This document shows, one piece after another, positions 45,225 through 55,950 of a DNA stretch of 64,000 bases. Numbering within the stretch: the stretch's first letter is position 1; every line of letters starts with the position of its first letter. A program made the translations under genes and the position numbers. Origin of the DNA: a bacterium (GTDB lineage: Bacteria > SM23-31); assembly GCA_965249485.1 (NCBI GenBank), contig OZ252239.1:3360001-3424000 (forward strand). Reading direction: 5' to 3'. A model generated the notes under the pieces. The model was not told the DNA's origin. It did not search any database and saw nothing but the letters and a program-made list of their open reading frames with translations.

Positions 45225-46205
45225 ATGAATTTTAGACAATTGGGAAAATCAGGCTTTAGAATCTCGGAGATTGGATTGGGTTGTTGGCAATTTGGCGGAG
45301 ATTGGGGGAATATACCATCTCAAACTGCCCATGAAATTCTTTCGGAAGCGATTGAAAATGGGATAAACTTCTTCGATACTGCCGATGTGTATGGCAATGG
45401 ACGTAGTGAGAAGATCATAGGACAATTTTTAAAGGGAACGTCGGAAACCATATTTGTTGCAACAAAAATCGGCCGAAATGGTGGAATGTATCCAAATAGA
45501 TATTCCGAACAAAAGATTCGGAAAGGCATAGAAGCATCTCTGCAGCGATTGAATTGTGATGTGATTGATATGGTACAACTTCATTGTATTCCCAAGGAAA
45601 TTCTCATCGAGGGAGCTATATTCGACTGGCTAAGACGATTAAAAAAAGAGGGTAAAATCAGGACTTTCGGCGCAAGCGTTGAAACTATGGATGAGGCAAT
45701 GTTGTGCATGAAGCAATCTCAGCTGTGCTCTTTGCAAATAATCTTTAATATATTCAGGGAAAAGCCTGTTGAAAAAGTATTTAAAAAAGCAATGGAAAAG
45801 GGAGTTGGTATTATTGTTAGACTCCCATTTGCGAGCGGCTTGCTGACAGGTAAATTCGCAAAAGATACAGTTTTTCCGATATCAGACCATCGAAATTACA
45901 ACCGTGATGGGGAAGCATTCAATGTGGGTGAGACTTTCGCAGGTCTTCACTTGCAAAAAGGAGTGGAACTCACTAAAAAACTTAAAAAGATGGTTCCGGA
46001 GGGTATGACAATTGCTCAGATGGCACTTCGTTGGATTTTAGATTTCGATGCAGTATCAGTTGTTATACCTGGTGCATCCCACCCTGACCAAGTTAGGGAA
46101 AACATTACGGCGTCAGAACAAATACCTTTACCAGCCTTACTTCACAAACGTATTTGCGAATTCTACAACGAAGACGTCATAGACAATATTCGAGGACCAT
46201 ATTGA
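45225..46205 (+). CDS. aldo/keto reductase
   Basis: FFDTADVYG, VATK, QLH and PGAS motifs. Confidence 0.95.
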   Translation: MNFRQLGKSGFRISEIGLGCWQFGGDWGNIPSQTAHEILSEAIENGINFFDTADVYGNGRSEKIIGQFLKGTSETIFVATKIGRNGGMYPNRYSEQKIRKGIEASLQRLNCDVIDMVQLHCIPKEILIEGAIFDWLRRLKKEGKIRTFGASVETMDEAMLCMKQSQLCSLQIIFNIFREKPVEKVFKKAMEKGVGIIVRLPFASGLLTGKFAKDTVFPISDHRNYNRDGEAFNVGETFAGLHLQKGVELTKKLKKMVPEGMTIAQMALRWILDFDAVSVVIPGASHPDQVRENITASEQIPLPALLHKRICEFYNEDVIDNIRGPY

Positions 46206-46303
46206 ATTTATTGGCACAGCACAAACCTATGTAGATTCACAAATAGAACTTCTCCGATGATTTATCCAATTACTTCAATGACGATAGTATTTCAATTTGA
46301 TGA

Positions 46304-46334
46304 GATCACAAATCGTATCAAGCCGGGGAGTTGA
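46304..46334 (+). repeat. att-like repeat
   Basis: GATCACAAATCGTATCAAGCCGGGGAGTTGA. Confidence 0.65.
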
Positions 46335-46410
46335 GTGAATTCAGCCTCCAAATGAGAAAATTGTACTGATTCATTGAACTTAAAGCAAACAGAATAATGG
46401 AGACTCAATT

Positions 46411-47868
46411 ATGTCTACTCGACAATTTTTTTATGCAATCCTCTTTTTGTCCTTATTTCTGAGCTTCTGTAGTTCGGAAACGGCCGAATCGATAGCTACG
46501 GTTACTGAAACTACTCATGTCCCGGATTTTCTTCTAAGACAACAGGAATTAAATGCCCAGGGACAAGAATCAAAAGATACAGTGGATTTGATGAATCAGA
46601 TTCGTCGGGAAAAGTTTGACCTCATTCTGCCTCAAATCATGCGAGACAACAAAATTGACATGTGGATGCAAGTGATCAGACCAGGAATTCCCGATCCTCT
46701 TGCGTATGAATTTGGCAGTAACTCGGGTGTTTTTATCTTTACCGACCGAAATGAAAGCAGGATCGAGCGGGCTGTTTTTGATAGTGATGTGATAGATCCT
46801 GGTGCCTATGACATTATCCATGGTGAAGTTTTACAGACTTCTTATCCGGCCGCCGGTTCGAAAATCATAGAAGGATTTCAAATAGAACAGCCAGGAGATT
46901 TGGAAACAGAATTGGATTACAGATTTAGGGACATCGGAAGTTTCGTTGCCGAACGTGATCCCAAACGTATTGCTGTAAACTTCTCAGAAAAACTTGGAAA
47001 CTCTATAAAATCAGCAAGATCGTCACTTAACGATGGCCTTTCATACACAGATTACTTACTTTTGGTAAAAGCCCTCGGTGATAATTATACAAAAAGGATA
47101 GTCTCGGCTGAATATCTGATAACAGAATACCTAGCAAGAAGGGTGACGCAGGAGATAGAGCTTTATCGCCAATTTGGCCTTATTGCAGCAGAAAATTTAG
47201 ATAAAGAGTTTGCTAAAATTGTTCCGGGTGTTACTAAATTAAAAGATCTTCAGGAAGATCCTTATCTTAAGGATCGGAATGGTAATAAATATCATAAAAG
47301 TTATGCAGGTGACTATGAAATCCAGAGAGGAGACCTGGTTACTATATTCCAAGGTTTTGGTAATAGGATAATGCATGCTTCCTTATTAGGAACCGGCTAT
47401 GTACTTTTGGAAGGGGAAACTGATTTGCCACAAGAATTCCAACAGATTTGGAAACATAGTATGAACGTCCGTGAGATCTTACAGATACATATCAAGGCAG
47501 GTCATACTACGGGAGAATTGCTGAAAATTCTTATCAATAAAGTAGAAGAGGCCGGGTATTTTTATATCCCTGTGGATCAATATGACATAAATGCAGACCC
47601 TGAAAAGACTCAGGTTCATTTTGATATACATGCTAAGGGAAAAAGGGAAGCAATACCCAGCATTTCCCCTTTGGGACCGGATTGGCGACGAGATATGATG
47701 ATCCCACTAAATCATACATTTGTTTTTGAATATATGATTCATATGCCGGTGCCTGAATGGGGCCGAGAAAATCAATTATTTTTACAATTCCATGATACTG
47801 CGATTGTTACTGAAAACGGAATTGAGTTTCCTTCCCCACCGAGTCAGGGAATACGGTTAATTAACTAA
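46411..47868 (+). CDS. secreted/lipoprotein M24-family protein #3
   Basis: EKFDLILP and DPKRIAVN; Asp ligands not evident. Confidence 0.85.
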   Translation: MSTRQFFYAILFLSLFLSFCSSETAESIATVTETTHVPDFLLRQQELNAQGQESKDTVDLMNQIRREKFDLILPQIMRDNKIDMWMQVIRPGIPDPLAYEFGSNSGVFIFTDRNESRIERAVFDSDVIDPGAYDIIHGEVLQTSYPAAGSKIIEGFQIEQPGDLETELDYRFRDIGSFVAERDPKRIAVNFSEKLGNSIKSARSSLNDGLSYTDYLLLVKALGDNYTKRIVSAEYLITEYLARRVTQEIELYRQFGLIAAENLDKEFAKIVPGVTKLKDLQEDPYLKDRNGNKYHKSYAGDYEIQRGDLVTIFQGFGNRIMHASLLGTGYVLLEGETDLPQEFQQIWKHSMNVREILQIHIKAGHTTGELLKILINKVEEAGYFYIPVDQYDINADPEKTQVHFDIHAKGKREAIPSISPLGPDWRRDMMIPLNHTFVFEYMIHMPVPEWGRENQLFLQFHDTAIVTENGIEFPSPPSQGIRLIN

Positions 47869-47870
47869 AA

Positions 47871-47892
47871 GTTTGCAAGTCGTTCAGCCCGG
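47871..47892 (+). repeat. att-like repeat (partial)
   Basis: GTTTGCAAGTCGTTCAGCCCGG, 2 bp after a stop codon. Confidence 0.65.
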
Positions 47893-47978
47893 TGCTAAGT
47901 AATCCTGGAGGTAAATTTATTTAAAGTAGTAAGAAAAACCGGATTTTCATTTTATATTATGTCTTAAAATAGAAAGGT

Positions 47979-48410
47979 GTGATTATGAGCATTAACCAGC
48001 TTCGAGAAAAATTGATCCCAATTGGCCTGCTTTGGCTAAGGGTCTTAACAGGTCTTGGAATCGCTAATCATGGATTCGGCAAGGTATTCGGAGGTAATAT
48101 CAGTCAATTCGCCGAGGGTGTTGCCGAAATGGGTTTTCCGTTCGCTATCTTTTTTGCGTGGATGGCGGCATCAACAGAATTTTTTGGTGGTTTATTCATA
48201 GCTTCCGGATTGGGAACACGCATTGCGGCAGGATTTTTATTCATAAATATGGGGGTAGCGGCATTTATACGTCATGCTCCGGATCCATTTGGAAGAAAAG
48301 AGCTGGCGCTTGCGTATTGGGCAATGGCTGGAGCAATAATTCTTCTTGGAGCAGGAAAATGGTCTTTAGATTATCTGATCGAAAAAAAGTTTTCTAAAAA
48401 GGATAATTAA
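47979..48410 (+). CDS. DoxX family membrane protein
   Basis: LR...G....HG..K, EFFGG and GAGKWSLD motifs. Confidence 0.92.
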   Translation: MIMSINQLREKLIPIGLLWLRVLTGLGIANHGFGKVFGGNISQFAEGVAEMGFPFAIFFAWMAASTEFFGGLFIASGLGTRIAAGFLFINMGVAAFIRHAPDPFGRKELALAYWAMAGAIILLGAGKWSLDYLIEKKFSKKDN

Positions 48411-48520
48411 CTTTAGTAACCTAAGCTTCGTAATTTGACAATCCTCAGAGTAGAAAACAATAGTTATCGTTAAATACTTAATGTAATATTTATCACCATG
48501 AATCAAATGAGGAGATTGTT

Positions 48521-49939
48521 ATGATGTCTCGAATACTGTTAATATATATTTCTGTACTATTCACTGTACCTTTTGCTAACGCACAGCCGGGGATACATAC
48601 TGCAAAAACAGGCTCAGAAGTTCTTGATTTTATAAGAAAAGAAAAAGTTGAGCTTATTCTGCCTGGTGCCATGCGTGATAATAATGTGGATATGTGGATC
48701 CATGTAACTCGCGCCGGAGATCAGGATCCAATGTTTCCTGAATTTGGATCAACCTCCGGTTATATGATATTCACTGACCTGGGAGACAGGATCGAGCGGG
48801 CCTCCTTTAGTGGTAGTTTTGGCGGTGCAGGAGCTTTAGATTTTGAAATATATGGCTCTCGAGATATACAGCGGGCAATTACCGGTTACGATTATAATAC
48901 ACAGGACTTTTCGGTATTCGACGAATTAGCACAGTATGTAGAAGAGCGTGATCCGGAAACGATTGCGGTCAATTTTTCCGACTGGCTCGCTATAGCAGAT
49001 GGGATATCGTATACGCAGTATCTGAAACTGGAAAAGATATTAGGGCCGAAATATTCAGATAGGATTGTCTCCGCAGTAAAGGTTATCACCGATTTCCGGT
49101 CAAGAAGGACTCTCAGGGAAATAGCACTCATGACAAATGCAGTGGAATTACACCGTCAGATTCAGGAACGTGCACTGTCGAATGAAGTTATAATGCCGGG
49201 TGTCACGACATTAGAAGATGTGGGCTGGTGGGTTCATGAACAATTATTTAAACGGTCGCATGTCGAAGCCAGGTGGAATGCTACAAGTATGCCGGGAGTT
49301 ATTTACTCTGCTGCTTCAAATGATTCCGAAACAAATTCAACCCAATACGTATTACAACGTGGTGATTTTTTGTCATTTGATATTGGATTGCGATATCTGG
49401 ACTATTTTGAAACTGATTATAAGCGTAATGCATACATTATGAAGAAAGGGGAAACACGTGTCCCTGAAAGTCTGCAACATGCCTTTGATCGTGCGATTGC
49501 TGCACGAGCTATCATTCGTAAACAAATAAAAGTTGGAAAAACCGCTGGACAAACATTGCAAGATATCATTGCGGCAATGAAAGCGGCAGACTATATTTAT
49601 ACACCATTCACCGACGAATCTCCGGAAAACTATATGAATGTTCAGGAGAAGTTAGCTAATACCGATAAGTCAAGTTTTTCCATCGACATGCATAGTCAGG
49701 GAAATCACGGAGGCTCGTTAGTGACTGTCGGACCTTCTATTGCAGCTTTCCGGTCAGACAGAGATCACTTGCCGGTTCAGGAAAATCATCTTTTTTCATT
49801 TGAATTTGTGATCAGTACAAACCTTCCCGAAAAACCCGGATTTCCACTTGCCATTAATATTGAGGGTAATCACGTTGTATCCAGCCGCGGGGTTGAATTT
49901 CTTCATCCACCGAATGAAAAAATATTACTAATCCATTGA
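48521..49939 (+). CDS. secreted M24-family protein #4
   Basis: DMWIHV; FDIG..ETDYKR, DMH, SFEF and IEGN. Confidence 0.85.
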   Translation: MMSRILLIYISVLFTVPFANAQPGIHTAKTGSEVLDFIRKEKVELILPGAMRDNNVDMWIHVTRAGDQDPMFPEFGSTSGYMIFTDLGDRIERASFSGSFGGAGALDFEIYGSRDIQRAITGYDYNTQDFSVFDELAQYVEERDPETIAVNFSDWLAIADGISYTQYLKLEKILGPKYSDRIVSAVKVITDFRSRRTLREIALMTNAVELHRQIQERALSNEVIMPGVTTLEDVGWWVHEQLFKRSHVEARWNATSMPGVIYSAASNDSETNSTQYVLQRGDFLSFDIGLRYLDYFETDYKRNAYIMKKGETRVPESLQHAFDRAIAARAIIRKQIKVGKTAGQTLQDIIAAMKAADYIYTPFTDESPENYMNVQEKLANTDKSSFSIDMHSQGNHGGSLVTVGPSIAAFRSDRDHLPVQENHLFSFEFVISTNLPEKPGFPLAINIEGNHVVSSRGVEFLHPPNEKILLIH

Positions 49940-49946
49940 GTTTAAA

Positions 49947-50011
49947 GTTTCTTATAACATACAGTCTAAAAGGAGAAAATACTTGTATAAGCAGTATGTA
50001 TCTCTTAATTT
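49947..50011 (+). repeat. degenerate att-like repeat + promoter
   Basis: ATACAGTCTAAAAGGAGAAAATACTTGTAT-N17-TAATTT. Confidence 0.6.
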
Positions 50012-50203
50012 ACGAATCAGAGTATCCGGTTTGTTCTTACGAAATACCATGAGGACAGAAGGAGACAATCATATATCATAATAGCAAATCTTCAGTAATC
50101 CCGGCGCATTTCGAAAGATGGAAAAAATTATATTCAATGTTATACGAGGAAAACCAGGTAAAAGTGATTCCAGTATTTGCACTTGTGAGAAAGGGTATTT
50201 TAA

Positions 50204-51625
50204 ATGAAAAGTAATGGAAAATATATCAAACAACCTGGTCAAATAATTAATCGGCGTAATTTTATGGTCAGTTCTGCAGCGACAGCAGCGGCGTTCACAA
50301 TCGTACCTCGTTCTGTTCTGGGAATGCCCGATCATACAGCACCGAGTGAGAAGGTTAATGTAGCCTTTATCGGTACGGGAGGAATGGGCACAGGAAATCT
50401 AAAGAACTTACTTGAAAAACAGGATGTGCATGTAATGGCCATATGTGATGTTGAACAGGGTAATGGTAATGAACGTAGTAGGGGACTGAAACCTGCACTT
50501 GAAATCGTAGAACAGCGCTATGCAGAACAAAGAAAATCAGGGACATACAACGGTTGTACCGGCTATGAAGACTTCCGTGAGATGCTGGAAAAAGAGAAAG
50601 GTATCGATGCAGTTGTGGTATCCACTCCCGACCATGTGCATGCAGCAGCTTGCCTTGCAGCCATCGAACGAGGCAAGCATTTGTACTGCGAAAAGCCTCT
50701 TACGCATTCAATATTTGAGACACGAATGGTAACGGAGGCCGCCAAAAAAGCAGGAGTGGCGACTCAAATGGGTAATCAGGGTCACTCAGGTGATGCAATT
50801 CGCATAACAATGGAGTGGATTCGGGACGGAGCAATCGGTACGGTACGAGAGGTCCATGGTTGGACAATAGATGGAGGATTATCATGGGTAGATATGGTGG
50901 ACAGACCTGAAGAAAGTCCTCCGGTGCCAAAGACATTAAACTGGGATTTTTGGCTTGGTCCTGCCCCTTACCGGTCCTATCATCCAGCTTATGCACCATA
51001 CAATTGGCGTGGTTGGTGGGACTTTGGATCAGGAGCGATAGGCGATATGGCCTGTCATAACCTGGACCCTGCCTTTTGGGCTCTAAATCTGGGCTATCCC
51101 ACCAGCGTTGAGGCCAGTGCAACAAGGTTGAATGACGAAACGGTTCCTGCCGGGGCTTTGTACCATTACGAGTTTCCGGCCCGTGGAAATATGCCTCCGG
51201 TCACTCTGAAATGGTATGACGGGGGTTTGATGCCTCCACGGCTACATGAACTGGAAGAAGGCCGTAGGATGGGAGGAGAAGGTGTTTATTTTGTTGGTGA
51301 CGAGGGTGTAATAAAGTGCGGCGGCTGGGGTGGTACACCGAGAATAATTCCTGAATCGAAGATGATTGCTTATAAGCGGCCTCCAAAGACGATCCCACGA
51401 GTTCCCGGACATCATCAAGATTGGATAAACGCCTGCAAAGGAGGAAATCCCGCCAGTTCAAATTTCGACTATTCCGGACCGTTAACTGAAGCAGTGTTAC
51501 TGGGTAATGTGGCGCTCCGAACAGGCAAGAAAATATATTGGGATGGTCCGAATATGAAGGCCACCAACGCAACAGAAGCGGACCAATATATCAAACCGGC
51601 ATTTCGAGAAGGCTGGGGTTTGTAG
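50204..51625 (+). CDS. Gfo/Idh/MocA oxidoreductase, Tat-exported
   Basis: NRRNF Tat motif; GTGGMG, TPDHVH and YCEKP. Confidence 0.95.
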   Translation: MKSNGKYIKQPGQIINRRNFMVSSAATAAAFTIVPRSVLGMPDHTAPSEKVNVAFIGTGGMGTGNLKNLLEKQDVHVMAICDVEQGNGNERSRGLKPALEIVEQRYAEQRKSGTYNGCTGYEDFREMLEKEKGIDAVVVSTPDHVHAAACLAAIERGKHLYCEKPLTHSIFETRMVTEAAKKAGVATQMGNQGHSGDAIRITMEWIRDGAIGTVREVHGWTIDGGLSWVDMVDRPEESPPVPKTLNWDFWLGPAPYRSYHPAYAPYNWRGWWDFGSGAIGDMACHNLDPAFWALNLGYPTSVEASATRLNDETVPAGALYHYEFPARGNMPPVTLKWYDGGLMPPRLHELEEGRRMGGEGVYFVGDEGVIKCGGWGGTPRIIPESKMIAYKRPPKTIPRVPGHHQDWINACKGGNPASSNFDYSGPLTEAVLLGNVALRTGKKIYWDGPNMKATNATEADQYIKPAFREGWGL

Positions 51626-51743
51626 ATTAATGAAGTAAACATGTTATGCTATTGCCAATTTAGTCGAATTTAATTATAATGACTAACGTAACACTAACCA
51701 AATAAGATCTTCTTCATCGCCTATTTTTTCCATATTTTCGAAA

Positions 51744-51787
51744 GTTCGTAAATCGTTCAGCTCGAGAAATAGGAAATACCTGTAAAT
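51744..51787 (+). repeat. att-like repeat
   Basis: GTTCGTAAATCGTTCAGCTCGAGAAATAGGAAATACCTGTAAA. Confidence 0.75.
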
Positions 51788-51836
51788 TTAAATCTTAGCG
51801 TAATATCAATCATCAAAATTAATTTAGGAGGAAATC

Positions 51837-53204
51837 ATGAAATCTCGAGTTATGATTTTTTTATTTGCTGTGCTGTTCACTGTAACAATTGTCAATGCAC
51901 AGACAGATGTCTATACACCGGACACTAATGAAGTTCTTCGTCTGATACGAACCGATAAACTTGACTTAATTCTACCGGGAGTGATGCGTGACAATAATGT
52001 TGACATGTGGATACATGTCACACGTGCCGGAGATCCCGATCCATTGCAGTATGAATTTGGATCGACCGACGGTTATTTGATCTTTACCGATCTTGGTGAC
52101 AGGATCGAGCGGGCAATCTTCGGTGGCGCAGCTATACCGAATATAGATGTGCGTGGTTCACTTGAGATATCGCGGGCTATTGCCGGGTATGATTATGGGA
52201 ATGTGAATTTTTCAATATACGACGAAATAACGGAATTTATTGCAGAACGAGATCCACAAACGATCGCGGTAAATTATTCCGATTGGCTTGCTGTGGCAGA
52301 TGGTATTTCACATACTCAATATCTTAAACTGGAAAAAATTTTAGGGCCTAAATATTCTCAAAGAATTGTGTCTGCAGAAAACATCATTACAGACTTCTGC
52401 TCAATAAGAACGCTTAGAGAAGTGGCAGTACAGGTCAATACTTTGGAAATAGCTCGTCAGAATCTTAAGAAAATATTTTCGGGCATAACTCCGGGTGAAA
52501 CATCGGCGGGAGATGTAGATGCCCAGGTTCTCTATTCAGCTTCAGGAGCAATTTCCGGAAATGAAACATTTGAATCCGCAACAGGCTATGGAAACTACAT
52601 ATTACAACGTAGTGATTTTTTTTATAGTGATTTTGGTCGGGCTGACTGGATGGACTTTGGATTTTCATCGTTTGGAGTTGATACAAAAGCATACGGATAT
52701 ATCTTACGAGAGGGAGAAACAAGTGTTCCGGAAAGTATACAGTATGCGTTTGATCAGGCGATAAAAGGTCAATGGATTATGCGGGATCATATGAGAGTCG
52801 GCATGACCGCCGGAGAATCTTTACAGGCAATGATTTCAGCCATGGAAGAAGCAGGTTATATATATACACCGTTTCAAGATATAGGCACTGAGGACTATAA
52901 AATGATCCAGAGGGAGCTTGCTAATACAGATAAGTCGGGATTTTCCATTGATAATCACGCTATGGGTAATAATGGTGGCGGCATGACGACTGTCGGACCT
53001 TCTATGGCGCCATTTCGTCGAGATCGGGACCATCTGGTGATCCAGGAGAATAATATTTTTGCTTTTGAATATATGGTCCATACGAATCTTCCTGAAAGAC
53101 CTGGTTTTCCACTTTCCGTAAATGTTTCAAATGTACAAATTGTATCAAGCCGGGGAGTTGAATGGATTCAGCCACCGAATGAGAAAATATTTCTGCTCCA
53201 TTAA
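51837..53204 (+). CDS. secreted M24-family protein #5 (closest to #4)
   Basis: Long shared blocks with 48521..49939; last Glu ligand apparently replaced. Confidence 0.85.
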   Translation: MKSRVMIFLFAVLFTVTIVNAQTDVYTPDTNEVLRLIRTDKLDLILPGVMRDNNVDMWIHVTRAGDPDPLQYEFGSTDGYLIFTDLGDRIERAIFGGAAIPNIDVRGSLEISRAIAGYDYGNVNFSIYDEITEFIAERDPQTIAVNYSDWLAVADGISHTQYLKLEKILGPKYSQRIVSAENIITDFCSIRTLREVAVQVNTLEIARQNLKKIFSGITPGETSAGDVDAQVLYSASGAISGNETFESATGYGNYILQRSDFFYSDFGRADWMDFGFSSFGVDTKAYGYILREGETSVPESIQYAFDQAIKGQWIMRDHMRVGMTAGESLQAMISAMEEAGYIYTPFQDIGTEDYKMIQRELANTDKSGFSIDNHAMGNNGGGMTTVGPSMAPFRRDRDHLVIQENNIFAFEYMVHTNLPERPGFPLSVNVSNVQIVSSRGVEWIQPPNEKIFLLH

Positions 53205-53255
53205 ATTTGTTAAAGGAAATTTAGATCATTTACTATTCATAGGGGAGCAATCAAA

Positions 53256-54311
53256 ATGAAAAACACAATATTTTTAACAATTGTCTTATTTGTAGTACTG
53301 AGCCTTTCATGTTCACAAGGACTTGATGAACTTAATAACGAATATTTGGAACAATTATGGCAGGGCAAATATCATGAAGCAGAGGAAATAGCAGCAAGTG
53401 CATTAGCTTTAGCTGAAGAAATATTTGGACCCGAGCATCTTGATGTGGTACTACCATTGGAAAATCTGGCGGAAGTATATGGTCAACAAGGTATGTATAC
53501 TGAAGCTGAGACCCTTTACAAACGTACTCTCGAAATACGAGAGAATATCCTGGGACCTGATCATACTGATGTGGCTATATCCCTGCACCGTATTGCTGAA
53601 ATGTTAATAGAAATTGGTAAGTATGAAGAAGCCGAAACTCATAGTATCAGAGCACTCGAGATAGATGAAAATGCGCATGGGCCAGAGAATCCCAATGTGG
53701 GGAACTCCCTGAACAACCTGGCAGCAACATATAGTGCACAAGGCAGGCACGATGAAGCAGTTCTTCTATACGAGAGGGCGCTGAAGATCGTAGAAGAAGC
53801 TACAGAACCTGCCCATTATCAGGTGGCAACAACTTTGAACGGTCTGGCAATGGCCTATTATCATCAAGGAAAATATAGCGATGCCGAACCCCTACCAAAG
53901 CAAGCTCTGGGAATTGAAGAAAATGCCCATGGGCCGGAACATCATGATGTGGTTCTATCCCTGAACAATCTGGCAAGAATATATAGCGCACAAGGCAGAT
54001 ATGACGAAGCAGTACCTCTATACGAGCGGGCGCAGGAAACAACAGAAGAATCTTTGGGTCCAGGTCATGCTGATGTGGCAGTGTCCCTACATGGTCTTGC
54101 TGAATTGCATAGAGCTCAGGGCAGGTTTTCCGAAGCCGAGGCTCAATATACGTTGGCACTGGAAATATATAAAAAAGCCTTAGGGCCAGAAAATCACAAT
54201 GTTGCAGGAGTTCTGGAGAGTATGGTTACCTTATATAATGAGACCGAAAACGTAGAGGAAGCAAAAAAGCTTGAAGAATTGGCAAAAAATATTCGTAAGA
54301 ATAAACGGTAG
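53256..54311 (+). CDS. tetratricopeptide repeat lipoprotein (42-aa repeats)
   Basis: Lipobox LSC; GPEHxxV..SLNNLA..Y..QG repeats. Confidence 0.92.
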   Translation: MKNTIFLTIVLFVVLSLSCSQGLDELNNEYLEQLWQGKYHEAEEIAASALALAEEIFGPEHLDVVLPLENLAEVYGQQGMYTEAETLYKRTLEIRENILGPDHTDVAISLHRIAEMLIEIGKYEEAETHSIRALEIDENAHGPENPNVGNSLNNLAATYSAQGRHDEAVLLYERALKIVEEATEPAHYQVATTLNGLAMAYYHQGKYSDAEPLPKQALGIEENAHGPEHHDVVLSLNNLARIYSAQGRYDEAVPLYERAQETTEESLGPGHADVAVSLHGLAELHRAQGRFSEAEAQYTLALEIYKKALGPENHNVAGVLESMVTLYNETENVEEAKKLEELAKNIRKNKR

Positions 54312-54461
54312 TAAATCCGATGATTGCAATATTTAGAATCTGAGGAGCGAATAGCCACCATAATGAATAATATTTTAACTGTTCGTCATAGATAACCGTA
54401 TTATAAAGCAGAGATGCAGCTTACAAACAGATGGTATATTGGATAATGAGGAGGGATTGTA

Positions 54462-55874
54462 ATGAAAAGATTTGTTAGTATTATTGCAATAATAGTTGTT
54501 TGTATTATAGTTGGATCGGGTGCCGGTCATGGCCAGAGCCCTAACAACTTTAAACCTGGTGAATATATTCAGAATATAATGCCAATGCGGGAGCGTGTCC
54601 AATTGATGCAGAGATGGTTGGAATGGAAAAAGGAGAACGTGCTGCCGATGATCATGAGAGAACTAAATGTTGATCTGTGGATCATACGTGATAATGAAGC
54701 TGATTTATACTACGACAACGAAGGTCCGGTGTATACTTCACTTTTGCCTGCCGATTTTCAGGGGATGACCTTCCCAAGCTCTATTGTTAATAATGTCGGT
54801 GACCTGTCCATTCCCTTGATACCCGTGTTTATGATGTTTTACGATACCGGAAATGAGATCGAATATGTCGAACCCCGTGATTATGAACATATTGCTGAAC
54901 TGGTCAGGGAGCGTGATCCCCGAAAAATAGCGATTGGCAAACACAATAATGAGCAAATGCTTGAAGCTTTGGGTAATAAATATGCCTCGCGATCGATCGA
55001 TTCGTGGTTTATAGGAGTCAGGTGGCTTGAGACTATGAGCCCAGAACAGATGAACCTTTTCCGGTATGTCATGGGTGTTCATAATGATATTATTGCCGAG
55101 GGATTTTCGAACAGGGCTATTATTCCTGGTCTTACAACTACAGATGATCTTAACTGGTGGTTCAGGCACAGATACCTTGAACTTGATATAGAGATAGAAA
55201 ATCATCCTTCTATTTATGTGCAGCGAAAAGTTGCAAATATTGAAAAATATCCTGATCCGGCTGAATCATTCTCCGGAGGCGGAACCAATAATGCTGTTAA
55301 TGTCGTAATACGGCGCGGTGATTTAGTAAGCATCGATTCAGATATAATGCTTCTTGGACTTGTTACCGATTCACACCAATTTGCTTATGTCCTTGAGGGA
55401 GACGAGACAGAGGTTCCGGCACAATTAACCGAAGCGTTACTCAAAGCAAACAAGCTGCAGGACCTGATCTCACGGGAGTTCAAAGTTGGCAGAACCGGTA
55501 AAGAAATAGAAGATGCTTCGCATGCCATACCATCCGATGGCAATGTCCATAACTATTCCGGCATCTTTTTAACCTTTCATCCGCCTCCCATGTTCAATCG
55601 GCGTTTTCTCCGGGGTGGATATATGTTTTCGCATAAGACGTATGTAGCGGGGATATCTTCACAACCCCAATATTATCCAACATCGATCGTATCCGACCAA
55701 CATAGACTCTCATATAACACTGTTCATGTTTTTCATCCGCATGTTCGAGTTTTTATACCGGGTTGGGAGGAAAATGGAGTAGCCATAGGAGTCGGACAGA
55801 TCATTGCTTTTACAGAAGACGGATTTCAATACCTTAACAGACCGATGGAAAACGGTTTTCATGTTGTACGATGA
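54462..55874 (+). CDS. secreted M24-family protein #6 (divergent)
   Basis: LPMIMRE..VDLW, RDPRKIAI, IIPGLTTTDDLNWW and RRGDLVSID. Confidence 0.8.
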   Translation: MKRFVSIIAIIVVCIIVGSGAGHGQSPNNFKPGEYIQNIMPMRERVQLMQRWLEWKKENVLPMIMRELNVDLWIIRDNEADLYYDNEGPVYTSLLPADFQGMTFPSSIVNNVGDLSIPLIPVFMMFYDTGNEIEYVEPRDYEHIAELVRERDPRKIAIGKHNNEQMLEALGNKYASRSIDSWFIGVRWLETMSPEQMNLFRYVMGVHNDIIAEGFSNRAIIPGLTTTDDLNWWFRHRYLELDIEIENHPSIYVQRKVANIEKYPDPAESFSGGGTNNAVNVVIRRGDLVSIDSDIMLLGLVTDSHQFAYVLEGDETEVPAQLTEALLKANKLQDLISREFKVGRTGKEIEDASHAIPSDGNVHNYSGIFLTFHPPPMFNRRFLRGGYMFSHKTYVAGISSQPQYYPTSIVSDQHRLSYNTVHVFHPHVRVFIPGWEENGVAIGVGQIIAFTEDGFQYLNRPMENGFHVVR

Positions 55875-55950
55875 TTGGTGAAAAAAAGGATTAGTAACTT
55901 ACTGATTATTGAAATACTAATACAAAGAAATAAAATCTAAAGAAAAAATA

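Noticed and set aside
53668..54032. 252-bp-spaced DNA repeat in the TPR gene as a DGR TR/VR pair
   Set aside because: In-frame TPR duplication, differences are not adenine-specific, and there is no reverse transcriptase.
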